DNA of 62,546 nucleotides, the filler included, from Sphacelaria rigidula (taxonomy: Eukaryota), in assembly GCA_964200075.2 (NCBI GenBank). It is 11 parts of 11 records of this genome, joined end to end, with 100 filler letters (N's around TTAATTAATTAA, not from the genome) between each part and the next. Parts side by side here need not be neighbours in the genome. Positions count along the whole stretch, not along the records: positions 45,565 to 51,158 come from CAXNAA020026006.1; positions 51,259 to 56,852 come from CAXNAA020026007.1; positions 56,953 to 62,546 come from CAXNAA020026008.1; 8 more parts are not named here. One strand, 5' to 3'. A program made the position numbers and the translations under genes. Positions 47,701 to 60,462 of this stretch are shown here, one piece after another. Under the pieces are notes generated by a model that saw nothing but the letters and a program-made list of their open reading frames with translations, searched no databases and had not been told where the DNA came from. Positions within the stretch are counted from its first letter, which is position 1. The number at the start of each line of letters is the position of its first letter.

Positions 47701-48871
47701 GTAAAAATACGAGCTGGGTTAGCCGAGGTTTCCTATTAGTGGCTGAAAAGTTCTGCCCTGCTTAATGTTAGGAGTTGGGAGCTGGAATTTTTGCATGGTA
47801 TTCATATTATCAATAAGCTGAAAGTAGCGGAGGCAACCGAAGAAGAAAAGAAGAAAAAAGAGGATACATTTGAAGCGATTTGAAATTTATGGAAAAAAAA
47901 ATGAGAGAAGGTCATAACTTAACTTGATAAAAAAGAGTAGAACTCTGGTTGCTTCCGTGTAAAAAGTCAACTCGCGTGCAGCAGATCCTTATAAAATTCT
48001 GACTCAAAACTCCTGAAGTGGTGCAGGGCATTCCACTTTTTGTGACATCGCTGCACCCCCGTTGTCTAGCTGGTAGAGCGGACTTCGACAGGGGCGGAAG
48101 GTCACGAACTCGAATCCTGACAAATACTTTTTCTCCGCAGAAAATGGTTCAGTGTTCGAGTTCATGCATTTTGCGGTACATTTTTTTTTCTCCATTTTTT
48201 TTTTCAGCGGTAGAACGAACGTGCGTGAGCCGGTTGGTCTGCAGTTCACAGCGATATACTTACATCGGGCTGATTCGAAAGACTAAAACAGTTTTTTTTT
48301 ATCGTGTGGCCAAATAATGGGAGTTTGAGTCCTTGGCCCAGCTTGTTTGAGTGTGGAAGCAGCGAGAGGGAAAAATACACAAGGAAAGGGAGAGAGGGAA
48401 AATAGAGGGAGCGCGTGTGTGTGACTGAAACATCAACCAGGCCCATTTTTGGCAATCACGGACACATGGTTTGGAGAGTTCCGTCTGGCCTATTTTCCAG
48501 TGTATTATCTGTCTCCGTGGTTCCCAGTGGTCAGATGCATTTGGTGTTGTTCAATAGTAGATGCTTTGCTATAATTGAATATCTAGTATTTTCATCAGTG
48601 ACACACATTCACCAGGATCTGTAAGGCCGAACAATCTTAGCAAAATGCAGGTCCACCCCTCATGCAACTCGCCGAGCACGTCATGGATCTTCGCCCTTGG
48701 TGATTGCGAGCCTTATCAGGCGGAAACCCTGCGTTGTTCCGTCCCGGCTGTGTAGGGATGCGAAGTCGATGGTTTTTCGACTGCGGCATGCAGAATTATG
48801 AGTACACCGCTCGTTTCATCCCCGCCCACACAAGCGTGTCTCCCCTGTGATGCTGCCAACCGTTTGTGTAG

Positions 48872-48961
48872 GACCTCCGGTGGCCCCCGTATCGCATCGA
48901 CAACCTCACGTCGCTGGGGATTCGGTACCGTCAAGCGCTGTCATCATCTGACGCCGCGAGG
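48872..48961 (+). CDS. VPS13: VPS13 exon
   Basis: TAG|DLRWPPYRIDNLTSLGIRYRQALSSSDAAR|GTGAGC. Contains the PPYRI.N.T...I...Q motif. Not in the ORF track. Confidence 0.85.
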
Positions 48962-50237
48962 GTGAGCGAGAGTAAACCTACTTTTTTTTTTTTTTTTCTC
49001 TGTTGGTTGATATGCATCCATTACTTTTCCGGTATGAAAATCCGACTTGTGTTGTAATTGTCGACCTTTCCGTTGCTTTCGGCTCACATCTCGATCACTG
49101 GATACCGAGAAAGACTTTTGGTCGAGATAAGCCCATGTTAAGTATTAGTTCGTCCCACTACAGTCGACTATTTGTTTGAAAAACGCGCCCGGGGATAGTT
49201 AAATAATGTTTGAGGACGGGATAGGAATGTTGATTGGGTTGGGAAGTGATTTTTGTTTTTTGGATGAGCGGAAGACAATATCAGGTAACTCAATCATAAT
49301 TGGTGGGGGAGGGGGGGGAGGGATTCCTTCACATACCGGGACGATATTGCACGTCTGGCACATGTAGCGTTGTGAGCTCAGGTATGCTTGTAGCATCGGG
49401 TGAAATGCTTCGAGCCATGCCGAAGAATATCCTGGAGTTTTGGTCGGTATATTTGGCGCAGTAGTACTATGGTTTATTTTCATTGCATATACGGAAACAT
49501 ATGGCCTGGCGTACGGGATGATTTTTGCGTGAATCCACAGCCCATGTATTTGTTTGAATAGTGTCATGTAATAGGTGCAGTAGTGCCGGTTCGCTGGCCG
49601 TGGTACTTGCAACACTTCGCTTTTTTTGCTTTTCTCTTCTTTTGCTTGGCGCTAGCCTTCTAAATTAAGACCGATGGTCGAAATGTATGGCACCGACGTG
49701 CGCAGAAAAGCATGCGACATGCGCGCTGGTCACTCCTCTGATTCGAAATATGACCATAGGAGATTTTAGAGTTCGTATCCCTACATCGTACAAAACGGGC
49801 CCAGATACAGCATTTTATAGTCATGAATGTTGTATCCGACACGTTGCGAAGTACTTCCTGCGCACCACACCATATGATGTTTACATTGCGGGAGCAAGCG
49901 AGATGGCGAAAGTCAAAGCACCCATCACTAGCTGTTGTGAGGGGTATGAATATCTATAAATCTTCGTGTATATATTGCAAAACTGTATATATTGCAAAAC
50001 TTTGCGCTGCGATTGTTTTGTTAATATTGGGTGAATATATTCATATACATGAATATATATATATATTGTCTTGGTTCGGAATATAAAAAGCTGTATTCAC
50101 ATGCTGCGTTGGGCGTGCTGCTTACCGCGGTTGCATCAAAAATACCCAGCGCCACACGAAATGGTTGCACATGGAAGTAAAATACTGTGGCATGTGTGTA
50201 TATTAAAAATCAACAACGTGTTATACGATGACTATAG

Positions 50238-50402
50238 GTACCGGCGGCAAGCGGCCTTTGGGGTGGGGGCGGAGGAGGCGGAGAAGACGAGATCGGCTCC
50301 GGCGAATTGCCGTGGGACTCCCTGGGCCCACAAGCAGCCGCACCATATTCATGGGACCAACCAGCCGGGGAGAGCCGAAGTCTTATCGTGGGCTTCGAGC
50401 AG
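50238..50402 (+). CDS. VPS13: VPS13 exon
   Basis: TAG|VPAASGLWGGG...WDSLGPQAAAPYSWDQP...VGFEQ|GTACCG. Contains the L.P....Y.WD.P motif. 165 nt, phase 0/0. Confidence 0.8.
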
Positions 50403-50418
50403 GTACCGAGTAATGCTA

Positions 50419-50653
50419 CGGTAGGGGTGCGCAGATACTTTCTGAGGTTAGAATTGTTAGAAGCACTAAATCTTGCCCAAAACAAGACTCATGAAATAAG
50501 TGAGAGTACACCGGGATTGCTATTTCAATGTGCTAGGAATATCCCGAATGAATCCGCAAACGGGGATACGCTGACCCTTATTCTTGTGCATCTAGAATCG
50601 TCAGGAGCCCCTGAACCAGACAAGATTTTGCGCCAAGAAGTGCACCCGTACCG
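50419..50653. mobile_element. MITE copy 2, same family as 23425-23659, inserted 16 nt downstream of a VPS13 splice donor
   Basis: CGGTAGGGGTGCGC ... GTGCACCCGTACCG, TA flanks, same length and colinear interior. Confidence 0.83.
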
Positions 50654-51378
50654 TAGTTTATATCTACTCACTAACATATGGGAGAGGGTATACGTGACCT
50701 GCCGAGCTTCGGTTTCGTGCAGACGGCTCTCATGCTTGCCACGTCACGCGACAAAAGTGCGGCAGCGAAAAAGGTCGCGGTTTGCTATGAACAGTCATGC
50801 TTACAGAGTGTCAGTGTAAGCGGACTGAACGAAGATGGTGTGTGTCATTTTTCGGCATCAGTAGCACCGGTAGCTGGAAGATGACGTCTAGCAACCTGAT
50901 GTGTTTCTCGGAGGGTTCCGCGGTGTATATTCAAAGCACAGGTTGAGTGAAAACGTTTACTACGTGCGTTCACCAGAACATGGTGAATTAGAGCTGCTGG
51001 ATTGTTTTCTCCGTCTCAGTGATTCCCCCTCGAATCCCCCATCATTAAGGTACAGGCTGGGCCAGCAAAGACTGCCGCATTTGCATCTCCAACCATAACT
51101 CGTCAAGTCTACCAAATCAGCTCGACTTGAGCACATCGCTGTTAACTGTAGACCAACCNNNNNNNNNNNNNNNNNNNNNNNNNNNNNNNNNNNNNNNNNN
51201 NNTTAATTAATTAANNNNNNNNNNNNNNNNNNNNNNNNNNNNNNNNNNNNNNNNNNNNCCCCCATTCTTCAGAGGCATGCACACAAGGCAGAAACTACAG
51301 AACCACAACCCACCTTCGGGCTCCCCCGCCCCAAACCCCCAACTATACATTCATTTGACGGTGTTGACATGAACCCAG

Positions 51379-51582
51379 CTGGCGGAAAAAGAAGAGGCCG
51401 AGAGACGTGCGCGGGAGGAGGAGGAAGAGGAGCTGCGGCGGAAGCAGGCGGCGGAAGATGAGGCACGGCTGAAGGGCAAGACCAGGAAGGAACGAGTCAC
51501 GGATCTGTTGAGGAAGACGTTGGAGGAAAGACTCGAGCTGCTTCGCGAGCTGCTCGTGCTGCTTCATAGGGCGCAAGAAGAG
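51379..51582 (+). CDS. Penultimate exon of a coiled-coil protein with a C-terminal WW domain
   Basis: CAG|LAEKEEAERRAREEEEEELRRKQAAEDEARL...LHRAQEE|GTGCTT. 204 nt, phase 0/0; charged alpha-helical sequence. Confidence 0.7.
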
Positions 51583-51592
51583 GTGCTTGTGT

Positions 51593-51594
51593 GC

Positions 51595-51682
<88 letters not shown>

Positions 51683-51688
51683 TGTCTA
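51593..51688. repeat. (CTGT)n(CTGC)n tetranucleotide microsatellite
   Basis: Direct reading of the sequence. Confidence 0.95.
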
Positions 51689-53316
51689 CCCGTCGGTCTA
51701 CCTGTCTACCTGCCATGGATACCCCTTTTCTGGTTGTTGCAGGGGCGAACGATGGGTGGAGATGCAGCGGGTAGGACAGAATCGATTATTATGAACCGGT
51801 GGATTTTCAATCTTTTTACGGTGGAGTTTGAACAAAGCAGGCGTGAGAAGGTTATTTGTAACCCAATCCTTTTGTGTGAAACTTGTTTTCTCCTATCACG
51901 GGGTAGAAACGGCGGTACGTATCATTTTGTCTCCGAGGATATTTTTCCTAAACGAAGTAACGCTCGGAGGTCAACGTTTTTGATGTACTTCGTATGCGGT
52001 ACCGTTTACTTTACTTTCTGTCAAGATTTGACCGGATGGTGCTATGATAGCATGTCGTTAGGGCGGGAGGGGAGGAAGGAAGGGGAAAGGACCGGGAGGC
52101 AGGGAGGGTGATATTGAAAACTTGAACAAAAACGGCCTGGCGTTGTCCACCTCAGGATGCAAGTTCGGCAGCCCGGCTGCGTGTATCTGGCCCCGTGATA
52201 CCGCGCGAGACTCCTTTTTCTTATTTTGACATTGATCTTGTTGCAATGCAGCCGCGCCTATCGTCACCATTGTGTCACTCGGGGGCGTCGCCAATCAACT
52301 CGGGTGGAACTCCTGCATGTGTTGCTACCATGTGCTAGCCGAGTCTGCTGCTGCTGCTGCCATATTCCTATTTGCCGTTGCATCATCTCCCCCCCTCCCC
52401 CACCTCCACGCACACGCACACGCAAGCACGAGAACCGTTCCGGGTACATCGAGCAAATCCGGAATCCGAAAAATTTGAGACAGTAAGATAATCACCCGTT
52501 CTTTCCACGCTAAACAAATTCAGACCACCGTGGTGTATGACGAACCACTCCCATGCATCTCACCAAGTTCACCTCCAGCTGCACTGAAGATGATGGACGA
52601 TTCGACGATTGATCTTGCTTGATTAATCAATTCATTAAAAAACCCGACAAAAACCATGAGCAGAAATATCAAACTTCTGCTTTAGAAGGGAAACTACCGG
52701 GTACTACTGTACGTAAGCACTACTTTACGTATTGTTTCTCGTTTGAATTACTGCGTGCGGTACAGAACTCGACTTGCAAGCCACGGTAGTATTTTCCACC
52801 CGTTCATCAATCTCACATAACGTTATCTTTGTCACATTGAGTTCAACTGTGTACCACAAAAGACCGGCGCTTGGGATGTGCATACGAATTGCCCAACACA
52901 CGGAAGAACGGCGGATAGTCGAAAAAGGTACTCGCGGACTCTGATCGAGATGCTGTAATCGGAAGCAAATACAAAACCAGTCTCCATTAGATGGTGTTCA
53001 TCAAATATTGCAGTATTCGTTCTTAGGGAAATATGTGCGTGGTATACTGTAGATGAAACATATCTTCTGCAAATAACCGGAGCTGCGAACACCCGACTAC
53101 GTCCGGTCCGTGTATGGAGTCTTCTACTTGATGAGGATACGTGACCCTAGCCTAAAGATGGTTATGGTATTAGTCGTCTCAAAGTTTTTTGTCACCATCC
53201 TAACTAATCACGCAGTAAGGTGTTAACTTACAGCGACAACTTTTCATCATATATATCTCAGGAGGGAGAACCATCTGTAAATATTTTTCTTTCACACGTG
53301 ATGCCACTCTTTTTCC

Positions 53317-53348
<32 letters not shown>

Positions 53349-53357
53349 AATCGGCAG

Positions 53358-53696
53358 GCAGAGGACGACCACTCTCACACGAAGGCTCTCGGGGACCCGA
53401 CCATCAAGCCGTCGGAGAGACAAGAAACGCACGACGCGCTCCTGGCCCAGCGTCAAAAACTCTTGGAGGACATAGGGTCGCGCATAGCCATTACAGGGGC
53501 CAGGTACGAAGAAACGAATGCGAAGCTCGAAGCCGCGGGCGGGCCATTGCGTGAAGTGGGAAAAGAAGGGTACAAAGGTGATGGGGCCGAAGGGGTGGGT
53601 GGGGGCGAAGGGTGGGTGTGTTATCTCGACGAATCATCGGGGCGGTATTATTGGTATAACGATGCCACAGGGGAGGCCTACTACGATGAGCAGTAA
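53358..53696 (+). CDS. Terminal exon: coiled coil plus WW domain
   Basis: GGCAG|AEDDHSH...GWVCYLDESSGRYYWYNDATGEAYYDEQ*. Fits the WW pattern W....D...GR.YWYN..TGE, with the second Trp replaced by Tyr. Confidence 0.75.
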   Translation, partial: AEDDHSHTKALGDPTIKPSERQETHDALLAQRQKLLEDIGSRIAITGARYEETNAKLEAAGGPLREVGKEGYKGDGAEGVGGGEGWVCYLDESSGRYYWYNDATGEAYYDEQ

Positions 53697-55625
53697 CAAC
53701 AATAGTCGCAGTAGCAGCAGCGGCGGCGGCAACAGCAACAACAGCAGCAAGAGCAGCAGCAAGAGCAGCAGCAGCAGCAGCAGCAGCGAAGAGCCGGAGT
53801 ACAACACTTGTTTTGTTGTATGCATATCGGCGGCTTTACCTGTCGCTGTGCGGATTTTAGCCCTAGTCGGTCTTCCCCCCCAAACTATGCACAGTATTAT
53901 TATGGTTTATGTCTTGATTGGTTGCTTGGTATGCGATTTTTTGTCGCATTATTAGTATTGCATTAGTGTTTTCGTGTATACCTTACAGTAGTTTCACCGA
54001 AATTGTTATTCCTTGCGTGTACGTGCTTTGCAGTAGTACGTATTGCCAGTATGTAGCGGAAGTCAATTTTGCGTTCTTTGCTGTTATTGTCGACGAGCGT
54101 CCAGAAATGTCTTGAAGTAAGTAACACAGACGCGGTGAATTATAGCTGAACAGGGGGAAGCCATAGCAATGATAACAAAATGACGTGCTACAACTCTTGT
54201 AAGCGGTGGAATACTGTGCACAAAAAAGAGTAGTAAGCACTAAAATAATACGTTGTGGATCATGATGATGATGGTTATGATGATATATAACGTATGACAT
54301 GCGATAGTTTGACACTCGAACGCAGGGATGCCCCGTGTCTTCTTGCTCGATATCTACAACTAGGGGGTGTGTTATGCTGGTGGGGTGTGCACGGAGCTAT
54401 CATGCGTTGTCAGGTTTTTCAGACGGTGTTGTATATAGCATATATGGCGTGGCGTGTCGCTGGGTCCGCCTGCAACGGCTTTTTCGGCCACCGGGGTAGA
54501 TGATACTGCGATAGAGAATGACAGCACGCGGGAGCCGTGCCCTAAGAGTAGTAGGGTACGTGCGTGTGTGTACGGTATGTTCCCCCATATGCAGTTCTAC
54601 TGTCATTTGTTTTCCCCCAATTGTTGTGAATGAAACGAGTTTTGCAATCGTTCTTCACCCAAGAATCGATGTACGTGCCCTCAACCGTAAGGGAAGCAGC
54701 AGGGTTTTGGAATCGACAGTGTCGGCACACCAACAGCGAAAAGTGATCGCGGCACTATAAGTGAGCACAAGATCCAGGGTAACGCTGGAGTCCTCATACA
54801 CATGCGTACTTTTCTCCATATTTCTCTCCCTTCATCTCTACACGTACAATAACATTATAATATGTCTTCATATTTTTCATTGTAGGCATTTTTGGTCGGA
54901 TCTAAGTGGCCGGCTTCCCCTTCCGCGTGCATGTATACATCACGTCTATTTGCGGCATGATTGCGTACTGCCTCCTTATATCTTTCACGGTACTTACAGC
55001 ATTGTTACTCCCACAGAGAATATGGCCCACGAAACACGACGAGCGCGATTAGGCAAGTCCATTCGGACATGAACTTGCTGGATTTTTTGGTGACAGAGCT
55101 CCATGCGATGAGCCTTACTTAGCACTGCAAGAAAAAATCCAGGTCCTGTGCAACGAAATACATAGTTCATAGCAGTACCGTGCATCAAATAGGATCCATG
55201 CTAAAATTTCTGCTCCAATCCGATCAGTACTACAGACAGTAGTTCGATATTTTCTGCACGCGTTTTGGCGCCTTGTATCAAGTATCGCATTTATGATCTC
55301 CGAGATGGACGTGCAAAGTATGGGCTTGTTAAACCCCATTTTTGCGAACAAGTGACCTGTATAACTCGGAGACGAGCTCGCCGATATCACACAATCATTC
55401 AATGTAAACAATGAATGGTGCCACAAGGGTCTACGACAAAAACAAAATTACATCTACCTACCCATTTTTTCATTCTAGACCTCTTAGCGAGGGGGTAGGG
55501 TACTAGATCATCATCGCGCCCCCCAAACCACATACAAATCCTTATCAAACGGATTCCACGCTAAATCCTGAACATAACGAGGCGATGTCGGAGATGGGGC
55601 ACCCCCCCCCCTCCCTGATGTGTGT

Positions 55626-56716
55626 AACCTACCATAACACAGCCCGGACATAGACGTGAAATAGAGAAGCTGACCCTGCTTTTTCTTTCACCTACCAGAA
55701 CACAGCTCGAATATATAGACATGGAATAGAGAAGTTAACCCTCCTTTTTCTTTCACCTACCAGAACACAGCCCGGACATAGACATGAAATAGAGAAGTTA
55801 AACCTCTTTTTTCTTCAACCGACCATAACACAGCTCGAACATGGACGTGAAATAGAGAAGCTAACCCTCCTTTTATTTAACCTATCGTAACACAGCCCGG
55901 ACATGGACATGAAATAGAGAAGCTAGCCCTCCTTTCATTTAACCGACCATAACACAGCTCGGACATAGACGTGAAATGGAGAAGCTAACCCTCCTTTTAT
56001 TTAACCTACCATAACACAGCCCGGACATGGACATGATAGAGAAGCTAGCCTTGCTTTTTATTTAACCGACCATAACGCAGCCCAGACATAGATGTGAAAT
56101 AGAGAAGCTGAACCTGCTTTTTCTTTAACCGACCATAACACAGCCCGGACATAGACGTGAAATAGAGAAGCTGGCCCTCCTTTTATTTGTTCTACCATAA
56201 CACAGCCCGGACATAGATATGAAATAGAGAAGCTGACCCTGCTTTTTCTTTAACCGACCATAATAAACGTGAAATAGAGAAGTTGACCCTGCTTTTTCTT
56301 TAACCGATCATAACACAGCCCGGACATAGACATGAAATACAGAAGCTAACCCTCCTTTTATTTACCCTACCAGAACACAGCCCGGACATTGACATGAAAT
56401 AGAGAAGCTAACCCTGCTCTTTCTTTAATGGACCATGACACAGCCTGGATATAGACATGAAATAGAGAAGCTAACCCTCCTTTTTCTTTCACCTACCATA
56501 ACACAGCCCGGACATAGACGTGAAATAGAGAAGCTAACCCTCCTTTTTCTTTCACCTACCAGAACACAGCTCGGATATATAGACATGGAATAGAGAAGTT
56601 AACCCTCCTTTTCCTTTCACCTACCAGAACACAGCCCGGACATAGACATGGAATAAAGAAGCTATCCCTCCTTTTTCTTCAACCTACCAAAACACAGCCC
56701 AACCATGAACGTGGAA
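55626..56716. repeat. Minisatellite of about 17 copies of a ~62-63-bp unit
   Basis: Consensus approximately ACCTACCATAACACAGCCCGGACATAGACATGAAATAGAGAAGCTAACCCTCCTTTTTCTTTC. Units are contiguous, with no unique spacers. Confidence 0.95.
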
Positions 56717-56781
56717 TCGCGAAAAGTAACAGACCTACTGTTCCATACCAGGTCGGAAATCAACCGAAATTCCCCCCCCCC

Positions 56782-56852
56782 CCTATTAGGAGTAGGAACG
56801 GTGCTCCGTCTCGAAAGGGATGCGTGGTCAATGGTCAAATGACTAAGGCAAG
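56782..56852 (+). repeat. Retroposon 3'-end family fragment at the contig end
   Basis: Reads IRSRNGAPSRKGCVVNGQMTKA and bridges the fragments at 45565 and 34175. Confidence 0.65.
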
Positions 56853-57420
56853 NNNNNNNNNNNNNNNNNNNNNNNNNNNNNNNNNNNNNNNNNNNNTTAA
56901 TTAATTAANNNNNNNNNNNNNNNNNNNNNNNNNNNNNNNNNNNNNNNNNNNNCTTTACCCGACATGTGATCCTCTGGGTGCGCGACGACAAGAGCGTGCC
57001 ACACGCCAGTTGGGGGGGTGTATGAGAGATCAAACACTTGTAGAGACCTTCTTGACACGCGGAGTGAAAATCGATACCTATGGTGGTGACCTAACCGATG
57101 CTAGCGTGGTGCACAGGAGTTCATCCATGCTGCAATCTGTAGCACACACTGACTGCATGAAGATCGCGGCACGGTAGCTTACCATAATTCCAATGTAAGA
57201 AGGTCACGCATTTCAAGCTGGGACGAGATATCCACGAGGAACAAGAGTGCTCTCTCATCAACCACTTGTCGTTGCATTTGACACCCACGCCATCAACCGT
57301 CGGCCGCAAAGATCTTGTGGATTTTAAGCAACGTTGTCAGCAGTATGGTAGGCAAACCCGATCATTGCTAGCTTTCGTTGCTCTACTGTACTGACTGTCA
57401 TCTTCACAGAAGTCACCGTA

Positions 57421-57628
57421 ACAACACACCCTGTGGGACATGTCTACAGGGTTTGGGGAAACTGTGCAGTGTTTCTCGCGGGGATTTGGCTGTCGGGTGT
57501 TCTTTTGCGCCACACAGTACGCTTCACAGGGTTCGAGGGAAATTGTACAGTGTTTCTCGCGGGGATTCGGCTGTAGGGTATTTTTTGCACCACGCAGTAC
57601 GCTTTACAGGCTTCGTCACCCCGTGTAC
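57421..57628. repeat. Dispersed repeat end with an internal ~81-bp tandem duplication
   Basis: ACAGGGTT....GGAAA.TGT.CAGTGTTTCTCGCGGGGATT.GGCTGT occurs twice. Homologous to 10755-10886. Confidence 0.7.
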
Positions 57629-59920
57629 AGTTCATTGTTGTTGATATGCTGTGTAGTGCGTGTAGACCTAGCCACTATTGTTACCTAAGGTCAGGGACAC
57701 TGTTGGTGGAGTTGCGGGTCTGATTGCCGGACTGTGTGATGGTGACCTCCATGACGGGTAGAGCCGGTTTTGCTACTCTGGTAGAGAGAGGCTATGGTCC
57801 TGTTCTCCTGTACTACAGTAGTTAGCGTCTGATATTTGCAAGATCCGTAGTTTTTGAATTTTATACCGAAAATAGACCGAACTCGTGATTCCGCCGCTTT
57901 TTTTTCATCATGTTTCAGCCAACATCGCGTGCATGCCAGCAAGGATATCTCAGCGTATAGTGCTCCCCCTGCGTAAACAAAGATATCGTGATAACCGCTG
58001 TCAAGTGGAGAAGCCGAATATCCGCGTATAACAGGGTCAACTACCGCGTGTGGTGAACACGGTGGGTGGGAAGAACCCCCACAAATCAGGTGGTACGCTG
58101 CGGACTTGAACATGACGGCTGTCAGAAAACACATTGAAGGCGTTGCATGTAACGGCGACTACAGTAGAAAATAACACTCGCACAGGGTCCGCAGGGAGCA
58201 CACAAACGCTGTAAAATATTCAGTTTTGGAAACAGAGCCCTATCGGCGTCAAACGACGGAGGGAAGCATCAGCGCTGCACGGCGGTTTTTGGGTCGTTAC
58301 GGGCCGTCCTCTTGGGGTTCTGCAAATTCAACGTGGGTGAATCCGGATACCCATGTCTTTCACAGGCCGTCCTGGGTCCACCACAGCGTCTTGACAGCTG
58401 CTTTCACCGGCAGTGGAACGTTCACCACAGTAGGTGGACCGAATTTGCTAAAAAGAACGGCGTGACTGGTATTGCGACTGCTTCCGTGGAGGTTGGGGAC
58501 GTTGACAACAAGGTCTGCAGAAGACCTACTCGAAGCTGAGCCCCTACAAGGTGAGGCTCATGCACCGCACGGTCTGTAGAGCGTGCGCTCTGCGTGTACA
58601 ACTCGATCACGCAACCCCCCCCCAACCCAAAACAGCGCAAAGGCGACGACCTCATATCATAGGGAACCGAAAAGACCCGTTGGCACGGGCGAAGAAGTGC
58701 CTTTGACCGCTGAAAACCGGTCGCTCGCGATGACTCTCGCGCTGGACAGAGTGGCTGAAATGCTGGAAGGGTGCTCGCACTGGCTCTAAAATATGATGAA
58801 GCAGTACAGGCTACACAGGCAAAGAACGTACGCACAGATCGCTATCCAACCACTACAATCAACACCAACCTCGACTGTTTGGTGTCATGTGCTCTCCCCA
58901 CGTGCAGGAAAGCCCAGCACAAGGCGGAGGGGGCTGCTTGCACTGTCTGTACAGCACCGCACCTTAGGCACACCTTCGCAGCGAAGAGCAGGTGAGGCCA
59001 AGCACGCAGCGATGTTCACAGTCGCGCACAAAACTATTGAAACAGCATACGCTTGCCCCAATAACAGCGCGAGGGTGTAATGCAGCACTGTCACGCTCGC
59101 CTCCACTCCACTCCTCTTGCTTTCTCCCACTCGTGCGCACCGCTACCCGCCTGTGTGTGAGGGGGTCACTCCACACTGGAACGCTGTCACGGTATAAACC
59201 ACCCCCTGATAAAACGACACCAAATTGCACCCGTCTGGAAGCGCCATGAGCCAGCAGCTTGTGCCCTCACGGTGCGCGGTTACCTTACAAAACGCTTGTA
59301 CTTTCACGGCCAACCCCTATGCAAACGGCAGTGCCTTGTCGTGGTCGAAACCACAGCGGCAATCATGCCCACCTCTTTCCTCTATGCACCTCGTGCCCCG
59401 CACAACTGTCGTGCCGTCACCAACACCATTTACGTCTCCATGCCGCTGTAATCACACACGAGTATCGCGCCGACGGCCCTCACGCAGCATCACGTCGGAC
59501 ATATTCGACTGTGCATGCCTGTGGCGTCGCACGAACGCAGCATAATGCATGCGGGTTACCCGCTCATGTATCACGCCGTTTACCACCCCCCTCGCTGCCC
59601 ATTTCCATGGGCCGCACGCGGGCTTTCGCGCGCCGCCATCACTCTATTCACTGCACCCGCCGTTTACCCCTTGCGCCATGAGGCTCTCCCCGCAAGAGGG
59701 CGCCGAAATACAGGGATCTGCGGCAGAAACGTGGGGCTAGAGTGCCCATGTTGCCCCCCCCCCCCCCCCCCCCTGCGCGGTACGGTATTGTACGGTAGAA
59801 CAAACACAGCGCAGTACGACAGTACTGCCCGGTATTGGGCACACACAACTTCATTTCAGCTTGGCGGTGATCACGAAACCGACCCTGCCTCCCGCTGCTA
59901 TCCATCCAACAGGCTCTGAT

Positions 59921-60121
59921 ATGTCGACCCCAAAGCAAAGAAGACATATGAAGGCCATGCAACAGCTTGGAGCGTCGGCGGCTTTAAAAATGAGACGCGA
60001 GAAGCGATATCAGAGACTGGCGCGTAATTTTGTGGACGAGAGGAGGCAAGATAAGAGGACGTGGAAGCGATATGTGGATTTTTTGAAGAGGAAGCAAGGG
60101 CAGCGTGTGGGCGCCGAGGCG
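59921..60121 (+). CDS. Predicted first coding exon of the DD112E transposase (basic, NLS-like)
   Basis: ATG-STPKQRRHMK...KRKQGQRVGAEA|GTGAGT. 201 nt, phase 0. An acceptor AACAG at 59912 suggests a 5'-UTR intron. Confidence 0.6.
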
Positions 60122-60462
60122 GTGAGTGCACATCACGGGCACATGTACATAATGATTACTGTAGTTGGCTAATTTTGTGAATAGGCAACATGTGATCACG
60201 CGGGGCGATTTGTGCCGCCAGCACTCCCATTTGTTCGCCATTGTAACTCCGCATGCTGTGGGCACAGAGCTGACGCCCCTGTCGTCACAGATATCATCGA
60301 ACGACTGCGTTGACACATCACATCACTCGACAACATGAATGAGGATACCTTCCCGCATTGCAAGTAATTGTGAGGTAATCATCGCACCACAAAAAAAGTG
60401 CTGCAGTACCCTAAACCCCCGCGCCCCGGCCGCATCGCGACTCAAACGTTTTCCGTCCGCAG

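Noticed and set aside
55626..56716. CRISPR array
   Set aside because: Whole units repeat with no unique spacers, there are no cas genes, and the context is eukaryotic.
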